Shown one piece after another: positions 11,800 through 20,725 of a stretch of 64,000 bases of DNA. How positions within the stretch are numbered: the first letter of the stretch is position 1; each line of letters begins with the position of its first letter. The translations under genes and the position numbers were made by a program. Source of the stretch: a virus; IMG/VR virus record IMGVR_UViG_3300048837_000984, positions 64,001 to 128,000 of that record, one strand, 5' to 3'. A model generated the notes under the pieces. It made no database searches. It saw nothing but the letters and a program-made list of their open reading frames with translations, and was not told where the DNA came from.

Positions 11800-12036
11800 T
11801 TATCCTTTCTTCCTCGCTAGCTTAACTAGCTCGAGACCGTCAACCTTGTTGAGCTTAACCAGCTGTGCCAGGAGCGCCGCCATGCACTTCGGACACAGAT
11901 CCAGGCGTTCGTAGTCCGGTTCAGCAGGTCCGCCAGCTGGACAGGCGCTGTGCCCAACACAGACCTGGAGCCAGCACTCTGCTGGTATCTCCTTGGCCTG
12001 ACATCTGTCGCAATCCATAACTTCTCTGCGTGCCAC
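11800..12036 (-). CDS. small Zn-ribbon protein
   Basis: CDRC...CPKC. Confidence 0.65.
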   Translation of the reverse strand: MARREVMDCDRCQAKEIPAECWLQVCVGHSACPAGGPAEPDYERLDLCPKCMAALLAQLVKLNKVDGLELVKLARKKG

Positions 12037-12048
12037 AGCTATCCTCCG

Positions 12049-12501
12049 TTAATCGAGACGCTCCAGCTGTTCTTTTGCTATCTGCATTCGGTTTGAGAAG
12101 ATCGCGTCTGCGTCTTCCTCAGAATCGTCCTGCTGGGCCTCATCCCAGGCTGCAACGGCCTCGCTGGCGATGTAATAGGCCAGCAAATCTCCCTCGTTCG
12201 GCGGCGGGACGATTAGATCCGCGGTGACACCGATATATTCCATGAAACCGCCTTCGTAGCGGGCAGACACGCTGTGCAGCCACCGCCACTTAGGTTCCAG
12301 CTCATCTCGACACGACAGGCACGGTGAGCCAGGTTCGCCAACGCATTCCCACCTGGTGCTGCAGACCGGACAGATCTCGTATCCACCGCACTCGTTACAG
12401 CAGGTGACGCGACCTCGACCCGGCCAGACCCACGCCCTTTCAAGCTCTTCTGGCGTTACACAGCGTTTGTCGCAGTATGCGCACTGAACTTCTGTCTCCA
12501 C
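12049..12501 (-). CDS. Cys-rich hypothetical protein
   Basis: Four CxxC pairs; GTG start after the upstream stop. Confidence 0.65.
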   Translation of the reverse strand: METEVQCAYCDKRCVTPEELERAWVWPGRGRVTCCNECGGYEICPVCSTRWECVGEPGSPCLSCRDELEPKWRWLHSVSARYEGGFMEYIGVTADLIVPPPNEGDLLAYYIASEAVAAWDEAQQDDSEEDADAIFSNRMQIAKEQLERLD

Positions 12502-12503
12502 AA

Positions 12504-13115
12504 TTAGCTCCTTCCAAGAACGAGGTCCAGAGCCCAGCACCCCCGCAGATGTGGACCTGGACTCCGCAAGTGTTCCAGAACACCTGGCAACTTTCTATTC
12601 TCCGTCAGCCCGGCGTCTTCCAGGGCGTCAGACAGAACCAACAAACACTCGTTGTCGAGCGTGCCGTCAAGCTTGTGTCCACCGTACGCCGCAGCAGCAA
12701 TAGCCTGGACTGCGGGGGTTAAACACTCTTTGGGGATTATCACACTCTGGTAAGGGTTACACACGACCTCTCGAATGTTTTGGCAGACGATATGTCTAGC
12801 CCACGGTTCGGCGGCATGTGAGGCCGCGGCTAACGGTTCCCCGTAGATATGCCACACGGTCTCTGACCGCTCATCTTTCTTGTGGCCGGCATCTACCCAG
12901 GCGTCGAATTTAGCCATGCTGACAACGTAACTTTGAAGCCATTTTTCCGATCTACCGCGACAGACGACAGAGAAAAAGTTGGCGCGTGCGACCAGGTAAA
13001 GTTTCCGACCACTTGCCGGGGTCACAGCTTGTTCGCTGGTCGCCGTAGCCAACAGAGTCCTCGGGTCCGACACGTTCCACCAGGCTTCCGAAGTCATACG
13101 CACCCTCCGGTTCAA
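12504..13115 (-). CDS. Gemmataceae-type paralog-family protein without Zn insert
   Basis: TSEAWW..SDP, LSDALEDAG, HLRSPGPHLRGCWALDLVLGRS. Confidence 0.8.
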   Translation of the reverse strand: MNRRVRMTSEAWWNVSDPRTLLATATSEQAVTPASGRKLYLVARANFFSVVCRGRSEKWLQSYVVSMAKFDAWVDAGHKKDERSETVWHIYGEPLAAASHAAEPWARHIVCQNIREVVCNPYQSVIIPKECLTPAVQAIAAAAYGGHKLDGTLDNECLLVLSDALEDAGLTENRKLPGVLEHLRSPGPHLRGCWALDLVLGRS

Positions 13116-13486
13116 ACGCGCAGATCTGCCAGGAATGCGGCCGGTTTGCTGACCATGTGGTTGAAGAGGTCCAGGAAGGCCAGGGTTCTGGTCGGATAAG
13201 CCCGACTAGTCCAGGTACTGGACAGGTTGCACGTATCGACAGGAACGAGGCTCTTCTTCACTGAAGCAGACTTCGACGCGTGTGTGTCCCACCGAAAATC
13301 GAGGTACGATTTCCGCGGCCAACGCTTGAACCTGTGGCACCAGCGACAGGCATCCGCATAGAGAGGTTCGTTGTAGTCGAGCCACAGGTCAGCCCAGACG
13401 AGGAGGTCGTCTTTGTGTGTGATGACAAAGTTTAGCGGCGATCGCGACCTAAACACGACCGTGCCCATGTTAAATGCTTCAGCCAT
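13112..13486 (-). CDS. hypothetical protein, weak TIGR02996-like segment
   Basis: KDDLLVWADLWLDYNEPLYADACRW. Confidence 0.5.
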   Translation of the reverse strand: MAEAFNMGTVVFRSRSPLNFVITHKDDLLVWADLWLDYNEPLYADACRWCHRFKRWPRKSYLDFRWDTHASKSASVKKSLVPVDTCNLSSTWTSRAYPTRTLAFLDLFNHMVSKPAAFLADLRV

Positions 13487-14231
13487 TGGCGTTCTCCAGG
13501 TTACGAAGGAGTTGAAGTGCCCAGCAGCCGTCAAAGTGAGTCTTGCCGTTACGTAAGTGAGCCAGAATCGGGTGGGTAAGGTGTCCCTCACCGTTGCAAT
13601 TGTCGCACGCGACTTCAGTGATAAATTGCCCAGGAGTTACCGGGACTCTGGGATCGTTTCCCTTCCCACGACAAACCCAGCACAGGTACTCCGTGGGGAG
13701 ACCGAACTCTTCCAGGGAGTCGGACAGGACCATCAGGGCGTCTGCGGGTAGCCTTGGATCAGTTTGCTTGCTGATTTCCTGGTAAATGCTCTCCGCAAGT
13801 TCGGTACTGCGCTTTGGGAACTGCTCCGGAACAAACATACCAGACAATCCCAAGCAGTTACATGCTCGATAGTCAGCGTGCCTGTCACAGCAGCCAAACA
13901 TAGTTGCCCGGGACTGGATGACTTCGGCTGCCTCTCGGCCATTACGGCTCCGAAGTGCGTACGGGTAAGGAGGTGCGTAAACATCCCGGATGGCCGCAGC
14001 TAGAGATGCACGGGGTATGGTGAAAACGTCACAACCGCCATCATAGTAGTCAGCGACGATGCTGACGTCTTTCTGGTTGTATTCTTCAATGTACGAGACG
14101 TTAACAAGAATGAACCCTCCGAACAGGGCTCGAGCCAATCCGCTCTTGTCCCGAAACGGGCTGCGGTTGATGCAGTTGAATAGAAATACAGCGTCATCAA
14201 TCGTCTCCCACTCAAGTGCCGTCACAGCCAC
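13479..14231 (-). CDS. Gemmataceae-type paralog-family protein with Zn ribbon
   Basis: LSDSLEEFG, CWVC...CDNC, HLRNGKTHFDGCWALQLL. Confidence 0.75.
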   Translation of the reverse strand: MAVTALEWETIDDAVFLFNCINRSPFRDKSGLARALFGGFILVNVSYIEEYNQKDVSIVADYYDGGCDVFTIPRASLAAAIRDVYAPPYPYALRSRNGREAAEVIQSRATMFGCCDRHADYRACNCLGLSGMFVPEQFPKRSTELAESIYQEISKQTDPRLPADALMVLSDSLEEFGLPTEYLCWVCRGKGNDPRVPVTPGQFITEVACDNCNGEGHLTHPILAHLRNGKTHFDGCWALQLLRNLENANG

Positions 14232-14679
14232 CCTCCCTTCTCGCCCATTGAATAGCTAAAGACGAAGCGTATTCGAGGGCCTCGTCCATCGAGGCAAAGG
14301 CGGGGGCTTCTTGGAGAGAACGACCGCTCGGAATCTGGACAACGGGTTCGAAATGCGCCGGAAGGTCTTCAGGCCCTGCAAGAAACCGGTTAGAGGACAG
14401 GGCATCCACATAGAAGAACCATAGGTATCCTTTTCGTGTAGCCGACCAGGCTGGCTCTCGGTCTGAAAACCTTACACGGAGAAGCGGGTACTCCTGGACC
14501 AGGTCGGGTCCTATTGCCATCCACTCTGCTAACGTACCGACCCAGGCACCAGAGACAGCAAACTCAGGTAGCTCGACACCACTGTCTTCACAAAGACCCA
14601 GCCACGCAAAGCGCGCAGCTGGGTCTCCAGAATAGTGGCAGTCAAGCAGGGACTTAGTTAGTTCCGCGCTTGGGGCCAT
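14212..14679 (-). CDS. TIGR02996-like domain protein
   Basis: LLDCHYSGDPAARFAWLGLCEDSG...GPDLV...VRFSDREP. Confidence 0.65.
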   Translation of the reverse strand: MAPSAELTKSLLDCHYSGDPAARFAWLGLCEDSGVELPEFAVSGAWVGTLAEWMAIGPDLVQEYPLLRVRFSDREPAWSATRKGYLWFFYVDALSSNRFLAGPEDLPAHFEPVVQIPSGRSLQEAPAFASMDEALEYASSLAIQWARREGGCDGT

Positions 14680-14938
14680 CTTCTTTCCTCTCCAGGTTAG
14701 CCTTCCGCCAGCCCCTCATCCAGGCCGACCTCGGCGTCTCTCGGTCGCTGTAACTGAATTGAAACGGGCACACCTCGGGAGGAGCACCTTCGAGGCCGGC
14801 TTCATAGCCCTGATTGAATGCCTCCTCTACCCATTGTTGATGTCCGCTAGAGCAAACCAAGGCAATAGGAACCACAATCAGGGTCAGGACGACACACACA
14901 ACTAAGAGGATCCAGAGAACTTCACGGAGATCGGACAT
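14654..14938 (-). CDS. ribosome-modulation-factor-like domain with N-terminal TM helix
   Basis: AFNQGYEAGLEG...CPF...RSAWMRGWRKA resembles the RMF core (GYxAG...CPY...WLxGW). Confidence 0.55.
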   Translation of the reverse strand: MSDLREVLWILLVVCVVLTLIVVPIALVCSSGHQQWVEEAFNQGYEAGLEGAPPEVCPFQFSYSDRETPRSAWMRGWRKANLERKEDGPKRGTN

Positions 14939-14943
14939 AATTT

Positions 14944-15150
14944 TTAAGTACCTTCCTGTTTCTTGGATTGGTAACCGGGCCAGTCCTTGTAACCCTGCCC
15001 AGGCTTCTTACCTTCCGTCCAGAAATGACCGCACGCCTGACAGACGTAAGCAGGTCGCCCATCGTAACCGGAAGTGTTAGTAATACCCCAGCAACGACAG
15101 ATCCCGCAGACGCGCCGTCGTTTAGGTTTCTTCTTGTGGTGCTTCGACAT
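14944..15150 (-). CDS. basic Zn-ribbon protein
   Basis: CGIC...CQACG, Lys/Arg-rich. Confidence 0.6.
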   Translation of the reverse strand: MSKHHKKKPKRRRVCGICRCWGITNTSGYDGRPAYVCQACGHFWTEGKKPGQGYKDWPGYQSKKQEGT

Positions 15151-15176
15151 TCTCCTTCCCGAGTTCCTTTCTGCTA

Positions 15177-15755
15177 TTAGACCGCCTCGAAACGAAGCAT
15201 CATCTCGCTGGCCATGGCTTCTGGGTTGGAAAGGATGTCCGCATCGTCCGTTTCCAGCTCGGCGTCACTCGCCCGCAGCCGGTCATGAACCTCAGGACGC
15301 GTGTGCCTGGCCCAGCGGATGAGAAATTCTTTATCCGCCTGGTCGTCGTTGCCGAAGGCTTTCTTGGTCGCGTAATTCCACACATTACCCTTCTGCGGGA
15401 TGTAGCCCCGGAACGTCTTGCCGTCCTTGTCCATGTAGATCGGGAAGTAGAGAGGGAACTCCCAGTCGCCACCCGCCAGGCAACCGATGTAGCTGAAACA
15501 GGTGAGCGGCAGTCTTGTCCAGAACTTTCGATAGCCCAGGAAGCCATCCGCCCGGCCCAGGTTCTCGTCCAGGTGGCTGTAGAAAAAGTTCTCGAACGAG
15601 AACGACACCTTTGAGATGTCCGCCATGAACTTCGGTCCCAGCCGGTCAAACTCGTAAGGGTTGACGCCATCTGGAAACTTGGCGTGAAAGGTCTCCCAGA
15701 GCTGCTCCGGGCTGACACGCGTGTGGTTAGCTGCCTTGCGTCGATTCTTGTTCAC
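15177..15755 (-). CDS. hypothetical protein
   Basis: 192-aa ORF in tiling order. Confidence 0.7.
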   Translation of the reverse strand: MNKNRRKAANHTRVSPEQLWETFHAKFPDGVNPYEFDRLGPKFMADISKVSFSFENFFYSHLDENLGRADGFLGYRKFWTRLPLTCFSYIGCLAGGDWEFPLYFPIYMDKDGKTFRGYIPQKGNVWNYATKKAFGNDDQADKEFLIRWARHTRPEVHDRLRASDAELETDDADILSNPEAMASEMMLRFEAV

Positions 15756-15760
15756 TGTGG

Positions 15761-16204
15761 TTATTTCCTTTGTCTTCTGGCCCAGATGATAGCCCTTTTG
15801 GAAGCGTCCTCAAAGGCAGCGTCCCGGGTGTCGTAGTAATGAAAGAGGCCTGGGAACGCCGTATCTTCGAAAAACTCTTCAGGTAAGTCGTCCGCTTCGG
15901 AGAGGCCGAGATACCCACCAAACCACAGGTAGTGGTTTTCTCGTATACTTGGTTCCTTGTCTGTGAACCGAACCGTAACGATAGCCAGCTGACGTACCAG
16001 GTCTGGACCTTCGCTAAGCCAATCGGACAAGCTGCCAGACCAGACGCCGCGCCTTCCGACGTGCCCGGGATCGATGCTGTTGTCCTCGCAGAAGTCCAGC
16101 CAGGCGTTCCTGGCCGCTTCGTCGCCCGCATAGTGTGCGTCGAGTAACGCAGCGATCATTTCCTCGGTGAATGTCGTGCCTGACGCCGGAGGGTCTGTAC
16201 TCAC
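15761..16204 (-). CDS. TIGR02996-like domain protein
   Basis: ALLDAHYAGDEAARNAWLDFCEDN...GPDLVRQL..VRFTDKEP. Confidence 0.65.
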   Translation of the reverse strand: MSTDPPASGTTFTEEMIAALLDAHYAGDEAARNAWLDFCEDNSIDPGHVGRRGVWSGSLSDWLSEGPDLVRQLAIVTVRFTDKEPSIRENHYLWFGGYLGLSEADDLPEEFFEDTAFPGLFHYYDTRDAAFEDASKRAIIWARRQRK

Positions 16205-16207
16205 TTT

Positions 16208-16330
16208 TTAGCCTTTACCTTTCTCGTCTCGGAGCTGAATGCATAGCAGGATGTAATCCTCCCACCACTTACCGTAGTGGCGAGGATACTTGCGGATGAT
16301 CTCCAGGGCCTCTTCAAGCGTCACAGCCAT
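16208..16330 (-). CDS. 40-aa hypothetical protein
   Basis: MAVTLEEALEIIRKYPRHYGKWWEDY...; fills a gap in the tiling. Confidence 0.5.
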   Translation of the reverse strand: MAVTLEEALEIIRKYPRHYGKWWEDYILLCIQLRDEKGKG

Positions 16331-16772
16331 GTTCCTTCTTGCTTTCCTCGACAGCCCAGTTCAGGGCATTTTGATTGATGATTTTCGAAACCTCAGAAAA
16401 ACGTTTCACCCCATTGCGATAAGTCCTGGATGTACGACCGCAGATAGACTCTGCCGGCGGAAACCACAGCGGGATGTAAATCGCTGCGTCCCCTGAGTCG
16501 CATCTGATGGAGATAAGCGGGTTTGAAAAGGTACCCGCTGAGAAGCACACCAGGTCGCGCAGCTTGAGCTCCCGGATCGGTTGGAGGCGTAACAGGTCTG
16601 GTCCCTCTGCAAGCCAGCGGTCGGCTGTCGTCGAAGCCCGGATAAAAACCTCGGGAAAGTTCTCGTCCTCCCCTAACTCCTCTTGTCGCCAGTCGTTAAA
16701 CATAGCGACCAGGAATGGAATGTCCTTCTCGTCGCAGGTGCGTATCCTTTCAACCCATTCTCGTCTGGTCAT
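16314..16772 (-). CDS. TIGR02996-like domain protein
   Basis: LVAMFNDWRQE...WLAEGPDLLRLQPIRELKLRD. Confidence 0.6.
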   Translation of the reverse strand: MTRREWVERIRTCDEKDIPFLVAMFNDWRQEELGEDENFPEVFIRASTTADRWLAEGPDLLRLQPIRELKLRDLVCFSAGTFSNPLISIRCDSGDAAIYIPLWFPPAESICGRTSRTYRNGVKRFSEVSKIINQNALNWAVEESKKEHGCDA

Positions 16773-16899
16773 GCCGATTCCGCTCTAATGAGTAGTGTTT
16801 TGACAGCTTCAGCAACGCCACGGACAGGGCTGCGTGGGCGGCGTCGGCGGTGGGGTTGGCGATGATGTCGTCGAGCAGTCCGGCCTCGGTGTTGGTCAT
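16750..16899 (-). CDS. truncated TIGR02996-like peptide
   Basis: MTNTEAGLLDDIIANPTADAAH; ATGA-coupled. Confidence 0.5.
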   Translation of the reverse strand: MTNTEAGLLDDIIANPTADAAHAALSVALLKLSKHYSLERNRHDQTRMG

Positions 16900-17150
16900 G
16901 GGGTAAGTACCTCGACAGTCAAATCGCGACGCAGAATGTTGAGCCCCGTTCGTGGCGTGTAGCAATCATTCTTGCTCCACCCGTACTCACGCTGCGACGG
17001 TGGAATAATCCATTCCGTGACGGTGATGCAATCGGGGGCAAGGTGGCACACACCAATCACCGACACGACCGACCGCCAATGGTGCCGGTGGTCAGGACGG
17101 TACACGTCCCCCTCCTTCAACTGATCCGCCCGCTTGGTCGTCGTGGTCAC
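16896..17150 (-). CDS. hypothetical protein
   Basis: 84 aa; KRADQLKEGDVY...VEVL, loosely like 8423-8677. Confidence 0.6.
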   Translation of the reverse strand: MTTTTKRADQLKEGDVYRPDHRHHWRSVVSVIGVCHLAPDCITVTEWIIPPSQREYGWSKNDCYTPRTGLNILRRDLTVEVLTP

Positions 17151-17154
17151 GGTG

Positions 17155-17931
17155 TCACTCCCTCCCCGTCAGCAGGTCGATTGCCCAGCATCCCCGGTAG
17201 TGCGGCCCCTCGGATCGCAGGTGGGCGAGCAGGGGGTGTGGTTGCCTTGCTTCAGCAAGCAGTTTGCTCTTTTCGTTGATGTTTCTTGCGTACCCTCTTG
17301 CAGCAGAATCGCTGTAACACCCCGACGCAATAAGGTGCAGGGTCTTGATGTCACGCTCCAATTCGGCGACATTTCCAGCCTGTGCAGGCAACCCCGCATC
17401 AATCAGCGCGTCACTCAGCACCAGCAGCCTGTCCGGGTCTAGGGTACCGTCCTCGCAGCGTTCCTGGTACGCGGCTTCGGCGAGGGACCGCACGAGGGGT
17501 GTGAGGACGGGTGAGGGTCCGTGTCCGGTGCCGCGGCATACCGCACAAGGTAACCATTGCAGACCCATGCCGTCAGGGGAAAGCTTCCCGTGAACGGGCG
17601 AGTCCTTGCACATTGGGCACTTCTCCCCCGCCGGCAGCGTAACCAGACGGAATGGATTGCCGACGATATCTCGAAGAATGTGTACAAATGCTGGGATAAA
17701 TTTCTGGTTCGGTTTATCCCGTACACATCCCGTCAGGTGCATTAAATCAGCCTCGGCTTTATGCAGCTGGCAAAAACCTAGCGCCCAGACTGCGTCCCTT
17801 ATCTGGTGCAACTTCTGCGCACTGGGTTTTGGCGGGCCTATCTGGTGACCGCCTGCGTATTGTTGTGGGCCTGTGAGAAAGTCTAGCATTAAGACGGGAT
17901 CACTACTTGCCAGCCATTCAGCCTCGGTCAT
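17155..17931 (-). CDS. Gemmataceae-type paralog-family protein
   Basis: MTEAEWLASSDP, RDIVGNPFR, LSDALIDAG, HLRSEGPHYRGCWAIDLL. Confidence 0.8.
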   Translation of the reverse strand: MTEAEWLASSDPVLMLDFLTGPQQYAGGHQIGPPKPSAQKLHQIRDAVWALGFCQLHKAEADLMHLTGCVRDKPNQKFIPAFVHILRDIVGNPFRLVTLPAGEKCPMCKDSPVHGKLSPDGMGLQWLPCAVCRGTGHGPSPVLTPLVRSLAEAAYQERCEDGTLDPDRLLVLSDALIDAGLPAQAGNVAELERDIKTLHLIASGCYSDSAARGYARNINEKSKLLAEARQPHPLLAHLRSEGPHYRGCWAIDLLTGRE

Positions 17932-18106
17932 CTTGGTTACCTCGAGAAGCGTCCACGAGAATCTCAACAATCGCCAGAAGCTCGTAAACAGCCCAACTGA
18001 TGCCCAGGGTTATGAAGAAAGAGTCCACGCCATAGTGACGGAAGACGTAGAACAAGATCCACGCAAACAGGCAGCCGACGATGAAGCCCTTACGAAAAAG
18101 GTACAT
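17918..18106 (-). CDS. small membrane protein
   Basis: Two hydrophobic segments. Confidence 0.55.
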   Translation of the reverse strand: MYLFRKGFIVGCLFAWILFYVFRHYGVDSFFITLGISWAVYELLAIVEILVDASRGNQDDRG

Positions 18107-18117
18107 GGGAAAGCTCC

Positions 18118-18144
18118 AAGGCCTACCCGATCTGGGTAGGCCTT
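18118..18144. terminator. hairpin, possible terminator
   Basis: AAGGCCTACCC-gatct-GGGTAGGCCTT, intergenic. Confidence 0.55.
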
Positions 18145-18157
18145 TTGTTACTGAGGG

Positions 18158-18781
18158 TTACTTGGGAAGGGAAACCAGAACGTGGCCAGTTTCGGCCAGG
18201 CCTTTCAGCGCTAACCGCCGCTCACCGACAAACAGCATAAAACCGAACCTGTCTTCAAACCTTTGGTACAGCGGGGCTGACTCGATAGTTGTCCCGTCAG
18301 CCAGGCGCAGGGTTAGGACTGAAAGGATTGGGACCTTCTTCGGGTCCAGGAGATCTTCCCGGGTCAAGACTGTCGGGGACTTGCGGAGTCTGGTAATGGT
18401 GGTAGTTGCGTGTACGTAGCTTGTCGACCGATATGCCGAAAGAGCTGCGTGACCACCTTTGAAAACGATATACGTCGATTCGACACGAAGGACTTCGCCC
18501 TCGTAAGAGTCGCAAAAGTCTGTGCCATGGTGTTCGATCCGGACGCGTACAAAGTCACCCGGTTGGACCTGGTCCAGAGTGATAACTTCCCCCTCTTCCG
18601 CAGGCTTGCCTGTCAGGGCGCGATTTAGGTCAGCCATTGCTTCTTCCTTCGTCGCGTACCTGCGGTAGAATTCGCATAGCTGACCGCCCTCGAGCCGGTC
18701 AAAGACATCTTCCGGGATCGCCTCAGGTCGTGTGGGCGAGCCTCCCCGAACCCAGCAGTTGAAAAATGGATCGTAATGCAC
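18158..18781 (-). CDS. chimeric hypothetical protein
   Basis: N-terminus resembles TIGR02996-protein C-termini; C-terminus shared with 23019 and 23853. Confidence 0.65.
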   Translation of the reverse strand: MHYDPFFNCWVRGGSPTRPEAIPEDVFDRLEGGQLCEFYRRYATKEEAMADLNRALTGKPAEEGEVITLDQVQPGDFVRVRIEHHGTDFCDSYEGEVLRVESTYIVFKGGHAALSAYRSTSYVHATTTITRLRKSPTVLTREDLLDPKKVPILSVLTLRLADGTTIESAPLYQRFEDRFGFMLFVGERRLALKGLAETGHVLVSLPK

Positions 18782-18802
18782 AAGCGCTCCTCACTTAATT
18801 TT

Positions 18803-19222
18803 TTAGTCGTCAGCGTACGGATCCGCGTTGATCGAGTAGGTATCGTACTTCACGATATTGGTAACTTCCAGATAGAACGTACAGCCGCAGTGCTCGCAGT
18901 CCGTTACGTAGCGGCGGTCGCTGACAAAGCCATAAACGTTCGGGTCAAACTCGTGCCCGCAGAACGGGCATATCGCCTCAGAACTGTCAAAGGAAGCCTG
19001 GTACTTCAGAACCAGGTGCTGCGCCGGAGTCTCGGAAAAGCACTTCCTGCAGAGCCCAGTACGGCACTGGGTTTGGTGGTCCGCCACGTTGACGTAGTGG
19101 ACGGCCTTATAGCACTTCTTGCAGCGAGGAAAGTCATCGGACGCTTTCGAGAACAGAACCCAGTACATTATCGCGATGGCTGCAGCCAGAGGGACCCACA
19201 GCGCAATTTCAGACATCGTCAA
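18803..19222 (-). CDS. membrane-anchored Cys-rich protein
   Basis: N-terminal TM helix, four CxxC pairs. Confidence 0.65.
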   Translation of the reverse strand: MTMSEIALWVPLAAAIAIMYWVLFSKASDDFPRCKKCYKAVHYVNVADHQTQCRTGLCRKCFSETPAQHLVLKYQASFDSSEAICPFCGHEFDPNVYGFVSDRRYVTDCEHCGCTFYLEVTNIVKYDTYSINADPYADD

Positions 19223-19844
19223 CTTTAGTCCTCCTAGCCAGGGTTAGCAGTGCCCGCGATAGAGCAGCATCGGCATCCTGCCTGGTGTAGTAATCCTTTG
19301 AATAGACAGCCGCTTCGAAGAAGCCGTCTAGCTCGCGCCAGACTCGCATAGGAAGGTCATTTGGATCCACCGGTTCCTCACCGATCTGTGAGTTGTAGAC
19401 ACACCGCCACCAGGTGAAGATGGTGGCCAAGGCGTCATCGGTTGTATTGCTGCCGTCCTCAGTGTAAGCTTCGGCAGATCTGTCTGTCACCACAACCCGC
19501 TTGACTGGCTGCTTGTGCGCCATCCATGGCAAATACTCCAGTAAAACATCCAACGGCGCGTGGACCTCCTCAATAAAGCCTTTCCTGAACACCAGCCGCT
19601 CAGGTACAAACCTCCGACTTGGCGCGCATTCCGCGACGATCGCCAGGACTTCCCCGTACTGGGGGACAGTAAGCCTTGTTTTTAGCAATTGCCCAGAGCC
19701 ATCTGTCTCGATTGTGTCCTCGAGACGGATGATCTCGGCACGGGCTGTAAAGCCATTCTCTTCCAGCCAATCAGAGTAAACCAGGCGATGAACGTCATCG
19801 TCAGGCTCTTCGAGGATCTTTTCCAGAAAACCTTCATGGTTCAT
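19209..19844 (-). CDS. TIGR02996 domain protein
   Basis: Canonical FLEKILEEPDDDVHRLVYSDWLEENG...RAEIIRL and FRKGFIEEV. Confidence 0.8.
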   Translation of the reverse strand: MNHEGFLEKILEEPDDDVHRLVYSDWLEENGFTARAEIIRLEDTIETDGSGQLLKTRLTVPQYGEVLAIVAECAPSRRFVPERLVFRKGFIEEVHAPLDVLLEYLPWMAHKQPVKRVVVTDRSAEAYTEDGSNTTDDALATIFTWWRCVYNSQIGEEPVDPNDLPMRVWRELDGFFEAAVYSKDYYTRQDADAALSRALLTLARRTKVDDV

Positions 19845-19847
19845 TCT

Positions 19848-20510
19848 TTACACCAGTCCGGCTGCCAGGTCGACAGCCCAGCAGCCTTGATAATGAGGTC
19901 CCGCTGACCGTAAATGGGCGAGAGCCGGGGGGAGTTGGCGTCCCGTACGGTTACACGCTTTGCACGGCTCGACTGTGTACCCGTGAGATGTCTGTGTCCT
20001 GCTTGTCAAAGCTCCTTTGCACTTCTTGCACTCAACCTCTGACAGTCCGGCCTCTTCTAGCGCATCCGACATGATCAACAACCGCTCTCGGTCCAGAAAC
20101 CCGTATTTATTGCGATTGTCGAAAGCTGCCTGAGCCAGACTGACCACTTGCCCAGTCAGAGCCTCTGGAGGCAAAACAACCGGATCCGATGGGTCGATGA
20201 AAATGTCTCGAAGGATCTGGGGTTGATTTTCTCTTTGTGGCTCTGTGTTGTGGATACGAATCGCCTCGTACAGCGTTTCGAGCACATCGTGGAGCTGCGT
20301 GTAACTGAATAAGTGCCCCTTCCAGTGCTTGCCGCGACCGTGTACGTTCCAGAAGTTGAACTCGATCGCGTTTATCGCCAGCCGCAGCTTCCGGTCGCTG
20401 GGCCGCTGCACCTTCAACGCTTCGTGTCCCGCCGGGTACGCATTACGTCGCGTCAGCAGGTCCAGCATCGCCACCGGGTCTGTGCCGACGCTCCATTCCG
20501 CTTCTGTCAC
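19848..20510 (-). CDS. Gemmataceae-type paralog-family protein with Zn ribbon
   Basis: TEAEWSVGTDP, RKLRL, SDALEEAG, CKKC...CKAC, HLRSAGPHYQGCWAVDL. Confidence 0.8.
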   Translation of the reverse strand: MTEAEWSVGTDPVAMLDLLTRRNAYPAGHEALKVQRPSDRKLRLAINAIEFNFWNVHGRGKHWKGHLFSYTQLHDVLETLYEAIRIHNTEPQRENQPQILRDIFIDPSDPVVLPPEALTGQVVSLAQAAFDNRNKYGFLDRERLLIMSDALEEAGLSEVECKKCKGALTSRTQTSHGYTVEPCKACNRTGRQLPPALAHLRSAGPHYQGCWAVDLAAGLV

Positions 20511-20722
20511 CCCCTCACCTCCTGCCTCCCTGTCCCACGGCATTCCCAGCATGGCACAAGCTCAACTGTTGGGCACCCGTTCCACCAGTCAGCCTTGCCT
20601 CCTGTCTCGTCACAGCCAAAGATAAAGCACCGGCAGACGTACCGCACCTTTCGCCCCAGGCAGTGGGGGCAGTCCAGGCGACTTCGCTCCGGTGCCGGGC
20701 TGTTGGCTTTTGGCTTGTCCAC
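20507..20722 (-). CDS. small Zn-ribbon protein
   Basis: CPHCLG...CWECRGTG. Confidence 0.55.
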   Translation of the reverse strand: MDKPKANSPAPERSRLDCPHCLGRKVRYVCRCFIFGCDETGGKADWWNGCPTVELVPCWECRGTGRQEVRG

Positions 20723-20725
20723 GGC